DNA from: an uncultured Thiomicrospira sp.
GTDB lineage: Bacteria; Pseudomonadota; Gammaproteobacteria; CAKMZV01
Assembly (NCBI GenBank): GCA_965195345.1
Contig: OZ239628.1
Coordinates: 1,248,001-1,312,000, forward strand
Direction: 5' to 3'
Length of the DNA: 64,000 nt
Positions 52,340 to 62,796 of the stretch are shown piece by piece; positions within the stretch are counted from its first letter, which is position 1, and the number at the start of each line of letters is the position of its first letter. The position numbers and the translations under genes were made by a program. The notes beneath the pieces are model-generated. The model ran no database searches. It saw nothing but the letters and a program-made list of their open reading frames with translations, and was not told the origin of the DNA.

Positions 52340-52792
52340 TTACTTGAACCATTTCAACAATGCTCGTTTAACTGAGTAATACTCTTGACTCATCTTAATA
52401 TTTTTCATTTTAGGAATTGAGATAATAAAGATACCTATAAAATATGCAAGTACGCCTTCAAAAATTCCTGGTGATGGAAACAAAAGCCATAGCAATGAAA
52501 TCGGTACTATTAATGCAAAAATAATGCTCTCTATATCTAAAGGAGAAAAAGAAACTACAAACGTAAATACTGAATGCAGATAACAGTACGACATAATAAT
52601 TAATATTTCATTTTTTCTCCAGAAATATAGTGCTATCATAGGTAATGAAATAGTGAAAATATAAATGGGTAAACCATAGTAAGCAAAAGGTAGATTTATT
52701 TCCCTACTCAACGAAAACGTATATGATCGAAGCTCAGCTGCTAAATAAGCAGTGCTGCCACAAATAATAAAAAAGATAACTGAAGATTTCAT
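52340..52792 (-). CDS. Membrane protein, putative immunity protein for the PLA2-like toxin
   Basis: 4-5 TM segments; starts 5 bp after the toxin stop. Confidence 0.6.
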   Translation of the reverse strand: MKSSVIFFIICGSTAYLAAELRSYTFSLSREINLPFAYYGLPIYIFTISLPMIALYFWRKNEILIIMSYCYLHSVFTFVVSFSPLDIESIIFALIVPISLLWLLFPSPGIFEGVLAYFIGIFIISIPKMKNIKMSQEYYSVKRALLKWFK

Positions 52793-52797
52793 GTGCG

Positions 52798-53460
52798 CTA
52801 CTCAGGTTCATAAGTATTCTTAAACTGCCAATTAATAAACCTAATCATATTTTTTTGTCCATAAGTTAAGCTAGAAGGATTAAGCGAATTTAGAGAATTT
52901 AAATATTTTTGATCAATCAAATGTCTTTTGTAATTTGAATGTTTCCCAGGACTCCATTCAATGTTGTTATTATAAAAATCTATATCATGCTCTTGTGAAA
53001 AACCATCAATTCTATCAATTGGAAGGTATCTTGAGTCCGCAGGATTTGGGTATTGGTCATCATCCGTATGCCCCTTACCGGTGAAATTTCCATAGCGCGG
53101 TTCTTCTGGATTTATATTTCCATCTGTAGTACCACATTGCCCATGAAAACAATCATTATACAGATGTGCAATCGATGAATAATAGGCACCACGAACAAAG
53201 TCATTCCCTGATGCAGCTGCTGCTAATCCTCCTGCAAAACCAACAAAGATCGTGCTACCAATAACTGTTGCTGGATCAGACGAATAATCTTCTCCAAAAT
53301 TTTGTCTAAAGACATAACTAGCTGATTTCGAGATCACACCACGCAAAAATCCACTACCAAAATTACCACCACTAAATTGACTGACTGCCCCCTGTGTCAA
53401 TCCATGGAGTGCAAATACTTTATAGCTATACGGAGTGTCCTTAAACTCAGACCCTATCTC
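52798..53460 (-). pseudogene. Orphan Rhs-like toxin-tip cassette 2 with a phospholipase A2-like toxin domain
   Basis: Pre-toxin HGLTQG...GG.FGSGF...AHLYND; toxin YGNFTG...P.D.ID..S.EHD..Y...D; reading frame open from ~53460 with only a TTG as possible start. Confidence 0.68.
53152..53313. repeat. 162-bp direct repeat, copy 1 (shared pre-toxin segment)
   Basis: Matches 54473-54634 with about 6 substitutions. Confidence 0.93.
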
Positions 53461-53562
53461 TTAGGCGGTATTCCGACCAAGAAGATGCTGAATGTGGCTT
53501 AACCTTTCTACTAATTTAGTCCCTTTAAAATGGGAGTATTACACCGCGCGTTACTGAAGCAA

Positions 53563-54060
53563 CTATAAATTTACCCAAAAAATAAATGCTATAAAGAGAT
53601 TTATCAAACACCAAAAAGCTATGACTTTTTCAAAAATATATTCTCGGAGGTAATTTCTCAAGTATTGAGAATTTGTATCATCTGATTGCAGTGCTTTTAT
53701 CATTTTATAGGTAGTGGTAAAAGTAGGCGCAATTTTTTCTACATAATCTGTCTGATAATTTGTAAAAACACCATTATATGCTGCACTGTTTTTAATAATA
53801 GGTTCAAGCTTTTTCCACATTTCAGGGTGACAATGCTTAATAATATCCCAATTACTAAAATTTATAAGAGTCCTAAAGAAAGTTACGTATGAGACCAGTC
53901 CCGCATTAAGTAGAAAGCATAAAAATGCGTAATCAAATAAAGTATTAGAAAAATAGAAATAAAAAGTAAGAACCGTATTGATTATGCACAAAGTATAAAT
54001 TACGAAACGCTGTACGTTCGACAGAAACTTTGCTTTTTTTTCACAATAAATTCCTTGCAT
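53563..54060 (-). CDS. Membrane protein, putative immunity protein for cassette 1
   Basis: Two N-terminal and one C-terminal TM segments; starts 4 bp after the toxin stop. Confidence 0.6.
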   Translation of the reverse strand: MQGIYCEKKAKFLSNVQRFVIYTLCIINTVLTFYFYFSNTLFDYAFLCFLLNAGLVSYVTFFRTLINFSNWDIIKHCHPEMWKKLEPIIKNSAAYNGVFTNYQTDYVEKIAPTFTTTYKMIKALQSDDTNSQYLRNYLREYIFEKVIAFWCLINLFIAFIFWVNL

Positions 54061-54064
54061 TAAA

Positions 54065-54634
54065 TTACGGTACGTTATCCGGTATTTGTGGTATCGTTAA
54101 AGGTATTATTTGTGTATGACTTATAACAGAAAATCCAACAAGTGAAAAAAGAGATGGTGACACTCCAAATTCAAAATAGCCTCCTTTATAGTTAGAGCCA
54201 TGTAAAAATGTTCCTCCGTATCCACCAGATATCCCATAGAATGTTAAATCACCCCCAACATCGGTCGAAGACCCTTCAAGCAGTGATAAATCGTTAGTAT
54301 CTTTTATCACAGTTCGTTTAAACGTGAGTGTACCTCCACCTGTACCAACTCTTTTTCCGCCTCCTTTTGAAAACATTCCTTTACATTCTCCATAATCATT
54401 ACAGCCTTTTCCAACACTGATTGCTCCTTCCCCTACTAATCCTCCAGAGATTTCTAATTCTATTATAGTCAGATCATTATAAAAATGTGCAATCGATGAA
54501 TAATAGGCACCACGAACAAAGTCATCCCCTAATGCAGTTGCTGCTAATCCTCCTGCAAAACCAACAAAGATCGTGCTACCAATAACTGTTGCTGGATCAG
54601 ACGAATAATCTTCTCCAAAATTTTGTCTAGAGAC
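54065..54634 (-). pseudogene. Orphan Rhs-like toxin-tip cassette 1 with a Gly-rich tip of unknown activity
   Basis: Frame is continuous from 54634: RQNFGEDYSSDP...GAYYSSIAHFYND then LTIIELEISGGLVGEG.. into ORF 54065-54376. Confidence 0.65.
54473..54634. repeat. 162-bp direct repeat, copy 2
   Basis: Matches 53152-53313. Confidence 0.93.
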
Positions 54635-54851
54635 GGTACGAGGAACAGTATTCGAGTATCTATGGAGAAAGGTTACCCAATCATACCGTTAATTTTTGAT
54701 GACTTCGTTCCACCATTCGGGAATAGCCGTTCCGTGGGAATAGGTACCGTTGGTTCTTCACTTGTAGTCTTAAATACACATAACTTTTGCCCCTCCTCTG
54801 ATTAGCTTCTGACTTTCGGTAACCTTTCTAATTACATGATAAATAATACTT

Positions 54852-54880
54852 TTGACAAGGTGTTATTGATTGAATAACTT
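54852..54880 (+). promoter_or_regulatory. Putative sigma70 promoter TTGACA-N17-TAACTT
   Basis: Perfect -35, 17-bp spacer, -10 with TA...T conserved. Confidence 0.4.
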
Positions 54881-54894
54881 TTCACAACGTTTGC

Positions 54895-54935
54895 AAAAGC
54901 CTCGCAGAATTTCATATCCTTATGCGAGGCTTTTT
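54895..54935. terminator. Rho-independent (bidirectional-type) terminator hairpin
   Basis: AAAAGCCTCGCA-16 nt-TGCGAGGCTTTTT. Confidence 0.75.
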
Positions 54936-55680
54936 GGTTAATTTTTAACTTTCATTACTTGACCACCTTTCTCATAGTATTCAAAAAGAAATATAAATAC
55001 TAATCATCTAGATGTGAGCAGAAAATTGCACAACTATTGAGGGAAAGGAGAACGGCCAGTTATACTATTGTTATGCAACTGAGAATTAACACTATGTTGA
55101 TTAATCGACCTCCACCCAATCCAAGATCACTCTCATCTAAATTGTTCGTTAGCTTAATTTTGTAGCTAACATTCCAGCTTTCTTTGAACGATTGAGTTGG
55201 TGCTTGGTATTACGCATCTACGCTGTAAGATACTAAGCGCTACTGTAGTGTCTTTTGCTGTATAATGCATATCTACAGCTTCTCAGCGACGTCGCCAGCA
55301 ATCGTACTTTAGATGCATCCCCAAAGAAGTGATCCTGTTGTTCAATTTCAATGCGCATAAAAACGGATCTTAAGCATAAAGTTAGCTCTCAGTAACGATA
55401 CAACGTAAATCAACTTTAAAATTTAGTGTTTTATTTGATTATGGTTGTTGATTTCTGATGTGTGTAATTGAAATACGGGGACTGTGAATAATTTTTCGCA
55501 AACGGTTTTAATGGGTTGTGTTTATCATTTTAAATTGAAAAAGAGTATATTTAATCTGATTATTTAATAGGTAGTAGTATCTGTGTATCTCACTTGAATT
55601 TATATAATTCCTCTTTATATTGATTTTTATTTAACCTGTACTTAACTTTATTCTCTTTTAATTTAAAACTTTTTATTTAT

Positions 55681-56994
55681 ATGATTCCATTTTCTGATTT
55701 AGGGTTGTCTGATCCAATACTCCGTGCTTTTAATGACAATGGTTATACTCAGGCCACACCCATTCAAAAAAAAGCGATTCCGGCAATACTATCGGGTGCG
55801 GACATTATGGCTGCTGCACAGACAGGTACAGGTAAAACAGCAGCATTCGTCGCACCAATATTACAACAATTAAATTCTGAAAAAAAAACCAAAGCAAACC
55901 ATACCCGAGCTTTGATATTGACGCCTACTCGAGAGTTGGCTGCACAAGTAGCTGAAAGTATAGTAACTTACAGCAAGCACCTCCCACTAAAATCGACTGC
56001 CGTTTTTGGCGGAGTGAAGATACACCCTCAAATGATGAAGTTAAGATCAGGTGTTGACGTGCTTGTCGCAACTCCTGGTCGACTTCTTGATCTATACAAC
56101 CAAAGGGCAATTAGGTTCTCACAAGTTGAGGTTTTGGTTTTAGATGAAGCCGATAGAATGCTTGATATGGGTTTCATGCCTGATGTTAAGAAAATAATAT
56201 CTCTGATGCCCAAGCAACATCAAAAACTGTTATTTTCGGCTACTTTCTCTGCTGAAATTCGCCAGTTGACTGCTCGGATTCTAACAAATCCAGTCAGAAT
56301 TGAAGTTGCACCAGAAAATACTGCTGCATCAACCGTAAAGCAATCCGTATATTGCGTTGATAAAAACAGAAAAACAGCATTATTAAATCATTTGATTCAC
56401 AGTAACGGTTGGGAGCAGGCGTTGATTTTTGCACGAACCAAACACGGAGCAAATAAGTTAGCAGAGCAATTACATCGCGACAAGATAAGCGCGGTAGCAT
56501 TCCATGGGAACAAAACCCAAGGTGCCCGAACTCGTGCTCTAGCGGACTTTAAATCAGGGAAAGTAAGAGTACTCGTGGCTACAGATATTGCTTCAAGGGG
56601 CATTGATATTATAGATTTGCCGCAAGTTGTTAATTATGAGTTGCCTAATTTGCCTGAGAATTATATACATCGCATTGGGCGTACTGGCAGGGCTGGGGTT
56701 GAAGGAGATGCTATATCTTTGGTCAGTATTGATGAAATGAAATTTCTGAATGATATCGAGCGTTTGCTCCAAAAAAAGATAGAGCGAAAAGAAGAAGTAG
56801 ATTTTGAACCATCGGTGGCGTTTCCTAATCCTGAGTTAAGACCGCTCAAGTCGAAAAAACCGCATAAAGGTAAGTTTCATAAAAAAAGACAATCGAGCGA
56901 TTCTGACAAACCAAAATCTTTTTCTCGGGAGGCTATCAAGCAGAAAAAGTTTCAATCCAAAAAATCTTCAAAACCAAAAAAGCCATCATATTAA
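55681..56994 (+). CDS. rhlE: DEAD-box RNA helicase, RhlE-like
   Basis: Q motif, [33 protein letters not shown], basic C-tail. Confidence 0.88.
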   Translation: MIPFSDLGLSDPILRAFNDNGYTQATPIQKKAIPAILSGADIMAAAQTGTGKTAAFVAPILQQLNSEKKTKANHTRALILTPTRELAAQVAESIVTYSKHLPLKSTAVFGGVKIHPQMMKLRSGVDVLVATPGRLLDLYNQRAIRFSQVEVLVLDEADRMLDMGFMPDVKKIISLMPKQHQKLLFSATFSAEIRQLTARILTNPVRIEVAPENTAASTVKQSVYCVDKNRKTALLNHLIHSNGWEQALIFARTKHGANKLAEQLHRDKISAVAFHGNKTQGARTRALADFKSGKVRVLVATDIASRGIDIIDLPQVVNYELPNLPENYIHRIGRTGRAGVEGDAISLVSIDEMKFLNDIERLLQKKIERKEEVDFEPSVAFPNPELRPLKSKKPHKGKFHKKRQSSDSDKPKSFSREAIKQKKFQSKKSSKPKKPSY

Positions 56995-57154
56995 AGCAAG
57001 CTAATACTGAATCTTACACTTCTTTTTGATCGTCTATTGTGGGTTACTCGTGCCCATTAGGAGTGTTTGTAATAGATGCTAATGGTAACAAGTGCATTAG
57101 TAATATAATGTTATTTCGTTTAAACGCATACAAAACATTTTATTAACTACTCTT

Positions 57155-57922
57155 ATGCACACACATAAAAAAAAGCAAATTTGTGAATTATTAAAAAGTA
57201 TTGAAACTGGTGATCCAAAAGCACTCTCTGTCGTCAATGAGAGTAAATATATCCAGCATAACCCACAAACTTTTGAAGGCAGTGAAGGTTTAGCAGTATT
57301 GTTTAAAAAACTAGCTAAAACATCACCAACAGTAAAAATATTGCGCGCCTTTGAAGACGGCGCTTTTGTTTTTGCGCATACTGAGTATCATTTTTCTTCT
57401 CAAAATGTCGGCTTTGAAATATTTCGTTTTGAAAATGGTCAAGCGGTTGAACATTGGGACAACATTCAAAAGAAGCAATCTCCTAATCGTTTGGGTTACA
57501 TAATGACTGATGGATCAACGAAAATTACAGATGTTGAACTAACAGAGAGCAACCGTTCGATAGTTCAACGTTTCGTGGAAGAAGTCCTCATTAGTAAGCA
57601 TTTAGAAAGATTTGATTGTTATATCGATGCGAAGAAATTCATTGAGCATAGTCCAAGACTTGGAGAGGATTCGGCTCTATTGCAAAAAGACATACCTAAT
57701 TCCGTTCATGCCGATTTAAATAAAGCTGTTTATAGTAAAAGTCATCGTATTCTGGCAGAGGGAAATTTTGTATTGTCCGTTTGTGAGGGCCATATTGATC
57801 AGATTCACACCTCTTTCTTTGATCTTTATCGATTAGAAAACGAAAGAATCGTTGAGCACTGGGATACAACTGAGATCATCCCTCCGCGTAATGAATGGCA
57901 AAACGACAACGGAAAGTTTTGA
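57155..57922 (+). CDS. Tandem SnoaL/NTF2-like domain protein
   Basis: Two repeats of Y/F-I-x-H-x-P ... D/E-x-F/Y-R-x-EN...VEHWD. Confidence 0.85.
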   Translation: MHTHKKKQICELLKSIETGDPKALSVVNESKYIQHNPQTFEGSEGLAVLFKKLAKTSPTVKILRAFEDGAFVFAHTEYHFSSQNVGFEIFRFENGQAVEHWDNIQKKQSPNRLGYIMTDGSTKITDVELTESNRSIVQRFVEEVLISKHLERFDCYIDAKKFIEHSPRLGEDSALLQKDIPNSVHADLNKAVYSKSHRILAEGNFVLSVCEGHIDQIHTSFFDLYRLENERIVEHWDTTEIIPPRNEWQNDNGKF

Positions 57923-58080
57923 TTATTTGTTTCAATCAACTAAAGAGCAAGAAATGTGTCAAACTGTGAAATAGTAAATTTACTTTTCTCTTTGTAGATT
58001 AACCGCTTTTAAGAAGTGTTGTTACCAATGAAAATGCGTACGATCTTCGCGCTGAAATGACAGAATTCTGAACAATGAAA

Positions 58081-58156
58081 TGGCTCCGGATGCTGGACTC
58101 GAACCAGCGACCAATTGATTAACAGTCAACTGCTCTACCAACTGAGCTAATCCGGA
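58081..58156 (-). tRNA. tRNA-Asn(GTT)
   Basis: Minus strand TCCGGATTAGCTCAGTTGGTAGAGCAGTTGACTGTTAATCAATTGGTCGCTGGTTCGAGTCCAGCATCCGGAGCCA. Confidence 0.97.
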
Positions 58157-58193
58157 GCGGAGGGTGAATCTATGCAGATTCACAAGGGTGCGT

Positions 58194-58222
58194 ATAATAC
58201 AACTAAATGCTAAAAAATCCAA
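58194..58222 (-). promoter_or_regulatory. tRNA-Asn promoter TTGGAT-N17-TATTAT with GC-rich discriminator
   Basis: 17-bp spacing, followed by ACGCACCC; leader contains a GTGAATC/GATTCAC hairpin. Confidence 0.6.
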
Positions 58223-58257
58223 GTGATATTTGCAATAAATGTCAATTTAAAATGCTC

Positions 58258-58836
58258 CTATCGTTCTTCTAGCCAGTTTTTTATTTTATTGTGCAATGCT
58301 TGCACGGATTGTTCATTGATGAAAACCACATCTGCAATCTCCATACGTTTGTTTGCATCCACTTGAGCACCTATGATTTGCTCAATTTGTTTTTCATTTC
58401 GATTGTCACGTTTAAGGATACGTTCCATTATTATGTCTTGCTGTGCTTCAATAGCGATAACCCAATCAAAAGTTTTATAAGCATCGGGATTTTGTTGCAT
58501 CACTTCATAAAGCAAAGGGATTTCAACTGCCAATCTAGTATGTTGCGCAGACATTGCTAAAATGCTCTTTTGAATCATCGGATGCACAACAGCTTCGTAC
58601 TTTAATTTTTTAGATTTATCCGCAAAAAAATATTTTCCAAATGTTTTTCTATCTATTGCGTTATTTTTCAAAATGTCTGTGCCGTATAATTCAACAGCCG
58701 TTGCTTTTACTTTTTCATCTGCTAAAAGTTCATGTGCCACGTCATCTGCTTTAACACACCAAAAGCCGACATTCTTAAAATAATCAAGAGCGATGCTTTT
58801 CCCACTTCCGATGCCACCAGTAACTATTACTTTCAT
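58258..58836 (-). CDS. coaE: Dephospho-CoA kinase
   Basis: TGGIGSGKS, AD..AH, IDR..FG, HP.I, EIPLLYE, R...RD. Confidence 0.93.
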   Translation of the reverse strand: MKVIVTGGIGSGKSIALDYFKNVGFWCVKADDVAHELLADEKVKATAVELYGTDILKNNAIDRKTFGKYFFADKSKKLKYEAVVHPMIQKSILAMSAQHTRLAVEIPLLYEVMQQNPDAYKTFDWVIAIEAQQDIIMERILKRDNRNEKQIEQIIGAQVDANKRMEIADVVFINEQSVQALHNKIKNWLEER

Positions 58837-58867
58837 CGTCCCCCGTATAACAGGTTAGAACGCCACA

Positions 58868-59854
58868 CTAATGTTTAAATTGAGCTTGTAGGAAAAGTTG
58901 AGATTCTGGTCGATAGATTCCTGAATAATTCGGATTTTCCGTTACTTCTTCCCAGCCTATCGCAAATAGACTCCATGTGTTTAAATTGTACTGTGCACCT
59001 CCTAAGAAAGCTTCTTGGAGATTAAGAGCATCATCGTTTGTTGCTTGATACCTGAAGTAACCTTTCCATGAGCGATTGAAACGATAACTGAGAGCCCACA
59101 AAGCATTACTGGATGATTCGCCACTGATGCCTCTAATTCCATCCACCCAAGTAAGTTCAAATTCACCTCTCAATTTGGGAGTGAAATAGCCCCATACTCC
59201 AAAGTCAACACCAAATTGATTGTTTAGATTATCTCGTGAATGAAGTTGCCAAAAAAATGATCCTTCAAAATGAATGGCTTTATGAAACTGGTATTCAAAT
59301 CGCGTAGCTATGTTGGGCGCATCGCTTATCCCGTCTAAATTAGTTGAGTCTATCAATGCACTTCGTTCTGCTCTTTGATAAATGCCCAAATGCCAAAATC
59401 CTTGTTTTGCAAAGCGCAGCTTAGAGGATAATCCTAATGCCTCATTGATATTGAAGGTATCAAATCCGCCTCGGTTAATAAATCTTTCGTTACCATCTCG
59501 TCTTGAATAAGCCATCCCAAAAGCTGTTCTTTGCAAACCAACTTTTATAGAGAAAATAGGAACAATCTGATAATTTATCCACGCTTCGTCCAATATAGGT
59601 GTGTATTCTTGTGAGGTGCTTTTATCAGCGTTCACCAAGTCCAAATTGACTAATGCATGTAAATCACCTGTTTGACCAATATATCCTATCTGTGCATGAC
59701 GAAAGCTCAGTTCTTCATCGTTTTCAGATTGATATTGAATATCAATTAATGCTGTTGGTCTTTGTTTGACAAGCGTATTTGCAACTGCGCTAAAACTCAA
59801 GCTCAAGAAGATAATAGACAAACCATTTAGAAAAAAGAAATGCGATCGATTCAT
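58868..59854 (-). CDS. Outer-membrane beta-barrel porin (OprO/P-like)
   Basis: Signal peptide AVA, ILDEAWINY, KVG..R.AFG, alternating aromatic strands, terminal QAQF. Confidence 0.65.
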   Translation of the reverse strand: MNRSHFFFLNGLSIIFLSLSFSAVANTLVKQRPTALIDIQYQSENDEELSFRHAQIGYIGQTGDLHALVNLDLVNADKSTSQEYTPILDEAWINYQIVPIFSIKVGLQRTAFGMAYSRRDGNERFINRGGFDTFNINEALGLSSKLRFAKQGFWHLGIYQRAERSALIDSTNLDGISDAPNIATRFEYQFHKAIHFEGSFFWQLHSRDNLNNQFGVDFGVWGYFTPKLRGEFELTWVDGIRGISGESSSNALWALSYRFNRSWKGYFRYQATNDDALNLQEAFLGGAQYNLNTWSLFAIGWEEVTENPNYSGIYRPESQLFLQAQFKH

Positions 59855-59978
59855 AATAATTTAATATTCGAATTTAAATAGATATAACAGATATATGTTC
59901 GTAGACTCTAATACAATACAAGAAAGCTTCTTTAAATTTTTCGCCTCGAAACTCACTTTCAAACACACTATTTCATAA

Positions 59979-62705
59979 ATGTGCATTGTAACAGATAACC
60001 TACCTAAAACACTACAAACGCCCTTTCTAATTCGAAGATTGAGAGGCAACTTTTCAAACGATGTCAAAGCATTTCTTGAGTATATAAATTCGCCACTACC
60101 CGTTGATTATCTGCAGCATTTAAACGAAACTGTTCAAGTAGATACAGAAGCTCAAATGCTTACTTCTTTACGCCAGCAGCGGAACAAAATCATGGCGCAT
60201 ATAGCTGCTCGAGAATTACTTCAATTAGACGATATCCGAACGTCTTGTTTTGCTTTGTCTACTTTTGCGGATGGCTGTTTATGGTTTGCTCACAATTTTT
60301 ATCATCCCAAAATGGTCGAACGCTTCGGTGCCCCAATATCCGAAAATGATGGAACTGAACAGTCGCTCATTATTTTAGGAATGGGTAAACTTGGAGGGCA
60401 AGAGTTAAATTTTTCATCAGATATAGACCTGATTTTTGCATTCAATCAAAAAGGAAAAACCAATCATCCAAAATCGCACAGAGCCATTGAAAATTCTGAA
60501 TTTTTCATTCGCCTCAGCAAACAGATTGTTAATGCACTGAACAATCTCGAACATGAAGGGTTCGTTTTTCGAGTAGATACGCGCTTGCGCCCTTACGGTA
60601 AATCAGGTCCTATGGCTTGCGGGTTTGAAACACTTGAACTTTATTTTTTGCATAATGCAAGGCCTTGGGAGCGATTTGCTCTTGGAAAGGCACGCCCTAT
60701 TACAGGATCGAAAAAAGATTGGGACATACTTATCCCCATGTTTGAATCTTTTGTTTATCGTCGCTACACTGACTTTAGCATTCTTGAAGATTTGCGTGAT
60801 ACTAAAGCAATGATTAAGAATAAACTACTGCAAAATATTTCGGATCAGTGGAATGTTAAATTAGGTACTGGAGGAATTCGTGAGGTTGAGTTTTTCTTGC
60901 AGTCCAAACAGCTTATTTATGCTGGAAAGCAGAGGAATTTACGTTGCAGAGGCGTTTTTGAAAGTTTGGAGCAATTCATTCCTAGTGGGCTTTTGTCTAG
61001 AGAAACATCGGAAACTTTGCCTGACGACTATCGATTTTTGCGAAAATTAGAACAACGAATTCAATATTGGAATGATGATCAAACCCACTTGCTGCCAAAT
61101 GATGAAGCTCACCTCAATTGGTTAATCGAATCAATGGGAGCCAAAAATGCCGACGAATTCAATCTGCATATCAAACAAGTTAGAACACGAGTTACAGACG
61201 AATTCCACGAATTGCTGTTCAATGACATTCCTGCTGAGGCTACCATTGAATGGATTAGTATGAGTAACATTGACTCCCTATATAATGAAATTTTTCGTTC
61301 AGGCTATTCCTTTACACCTTCTCAACGATGGTTAGAATTGATCGTCAATTTCAACCAATCCAGAGTTGCGATAAATGCTTCGACAAAAAGTAAGCATCAC
61401 ATGAATACACTGTATTCAATTATCCTTAAGAACCCTCTTGCGCAGAATTACGCGGTACTCGATCACGTGCTAAAAGTACTTTCAACGACTATACAAAGAA
61501 GCAACTATTTAGCGCTACTTGTTGAAAGAACCAACATTCTTGAACTCGTCATTACTGTCGTCAGTAAAAGTAGCTTCCTTGCTGAAGAGCTACAAAAACA
61601 TCCTTCGTTACTTGATTCTATGGTTGTTCCATCACACTCTATAGTTCCTTCACACAAAGTAGAGATGATGCAAATGATTGACAATTTTATGCTGCATGTT
61701 CCGAGCAATGAAATTGAAAATAAATTGAATTTATTGAAAGAGTTCAAGCGCGCAATGGTTTTTCGTATTGCGTTTTCTAATATTAACCAAACCATCTCAA
61801 TTCATAAGACGAGTTTGGTTTTAAGTTGGCTTGCTTATGTGGTTATTCGTAAATCACTTGATGTCGCTATTACTATGATGCAAGGCAGTAGACCCATCGC
61901 TGGTCTTGAAGACTATAGAAAACTCCCTTTGATAATAGTAGGGTATGGAAAAGCGGGCAGCGGTGAGATGGGGCTTGGCTCGGATTTGGATATTGTCCTA
62001 ATTTATGATAAAAATCATGAAAAATTCAAGCTGCCAGAAGATTGGTTTTTACGACTTACTCGCAAACTCATCCAAGTCTTATCTGCCTCAAGTGTCGCTG
62101 GCTTTCTTTATGAAATTGATACCAGATTACGCCCTGATGGTAAATCAGGAACGATGATCGTTAGCTTGGAACAATTCCAAGAATATCAATTAGAAAGAGC
62201 CCAAACTTGGGAGCGTCAGTCACTAGTAAAAGCACGACCTATAGCTGGAGAAAGCAAGCTTGCAGGCAAATTCAATCGTTTTCGCAGAAAACTAATATGC
62301 ACTAAGGTCGATGAGAACGTTTTACGCGAAGAAATTTTAGAAATGCGCCAAAAAATGCGCGAAAGTCTTGATAAAACAACCGATGAATGTTTTGATATCA
62401 AACACGGTCCAGGAGGGCTCGTTGATGCAGAATTTATTACTCAGTATTTGGTTTTGAAAAACGCTTGGCAATTTCCTGAAATAGCTTCTGTACGGTCAGT
62501 ACATGATCAATTATCCAAAATTGCTAAAGTCCTACCAGAGTTTAAAGAAGGCGCACACGAAATATCGGAAAACTACTTGAAATTGCGCCAAATGGGAATG
62601 GATTGTTCGCTACAAAATGAATCAACTCTTATTACTAAGGAACAAGTGGGTGGTATCAGCGAAGTAATTTATAAACATTGGAGAAAAATTTTTGGCGACA
62701 AGTAA
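59979..62705 (+). CDS. glnE: Bifunctional glutamine synthetase adenylyltransferase/deadenylylase
   Basis: Two NTase domains: GMGKLGGQELNFSSDIDLIF..RVDTRLRPYG and GYGKAG..EMG.GSDLD..EIDTRLRPDG. Confidence 0.95.
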   Translation: MCIVTDNLPKTLQTPFLIRRLRGNFSNDVKAFLEYINSPLPVDYLQHLNETVQVDTEAQMLTSLRQQRNKIMAHIAARELLQLDDIRTSCFALSTFADGCLWFAHNFYHPKMVERFGAPISENDGTEQSLIILGMGKLGGQELNFSSDIDLIFAFNQKGKTNHPKSHRAIENSEFFIRLSKQIVNALNNLEHEGFVFRVDTRLRPYGKSGPMACGFETLELYFLHNARPWERFALGKARPITGSKKDWDILIPMFESFVYRRYTDFSILEDLRDTKAMIKNKLLQNISDQWNVKLGTGGIREVEFFLQSKQLIYAGKQRNLRCRGVFESLEQFIPSGLLSRETSETLPDDYRFLRKLEQRIQYWNDDQTHLLPNDEAHLNWLIESMGAKNADEFNLHIKQVRTRVTDEFHELLFNDIPAEATIEWISMSNIDSLYNEIFRSGYSFTPSQRWLELIVNFNQSRVAINASTKSKHHMNTLYSIILKNPLAQNYAVLDHVLKVLSTTIQRSNYLALLVERTNILELVITVVSKSSFLAEELQKHPSLLDSMVVPSHSIVPSHKVEMMQMIDNFMLHVPSNEIENKLNLLKEFKRAMVFRIAFSNINQTISIHKTSLVLSWLAYVVIRKSLDVAITMMQGSRPIAGLEDYRKLPLIIVGYGKAGSGEMGLGSDLDIVLIYDKNHEKFKLPEDWFLRLTRKLIQVLSASSVAGFLYEIDTRLRPDGKSGTMIVSLEQFQEYQLERAQTWERQSLVKARPIAGESKLAGKFNRFRRKLICTKVDENVLREEILEMRQKMRESLDKTTDECFDIKHGPGGLVDAEFITQYLVLKNAWQFPEIASVRSVHDQLSKIAKVLPEFKEGAHEISENYLKLRQMGMDCSLQNESTLITKEQVGGISEVIYKHWRKIFGDK

Positions 62706-62796
62706 CAAAGTCTGCCACGAAAATCCACCAACCATTTAATCAACAATCAGTATCCAAATTGTTATTGCCTTGTTAATTCGTTAGTTGTTGATGAAA

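Noticed and set aside
50844-54634. CRISPR array or IS ends suggested by the repeated sequences
   Set aside because: Repeats are 90-160 bp, protein-coding and irregularly spaced; no cas or transposase genes are present
54623-54805. 60-aa plus-strand ORF at the edge of the toxin array
   Set aside because: TTG start, no motif, overlaps the cassette repeat; probably debris
46193-58080. A second att repeat from the tRNA-Asn 3' end bounding the right part of the island
   Set aside because: No copy of TGGCTCCGGATGCTGG found by eye, so the right boundary stays undefined
58022-58222. 66-aa ORF
   Set aside because: Spurious translation across tRNA-Asn
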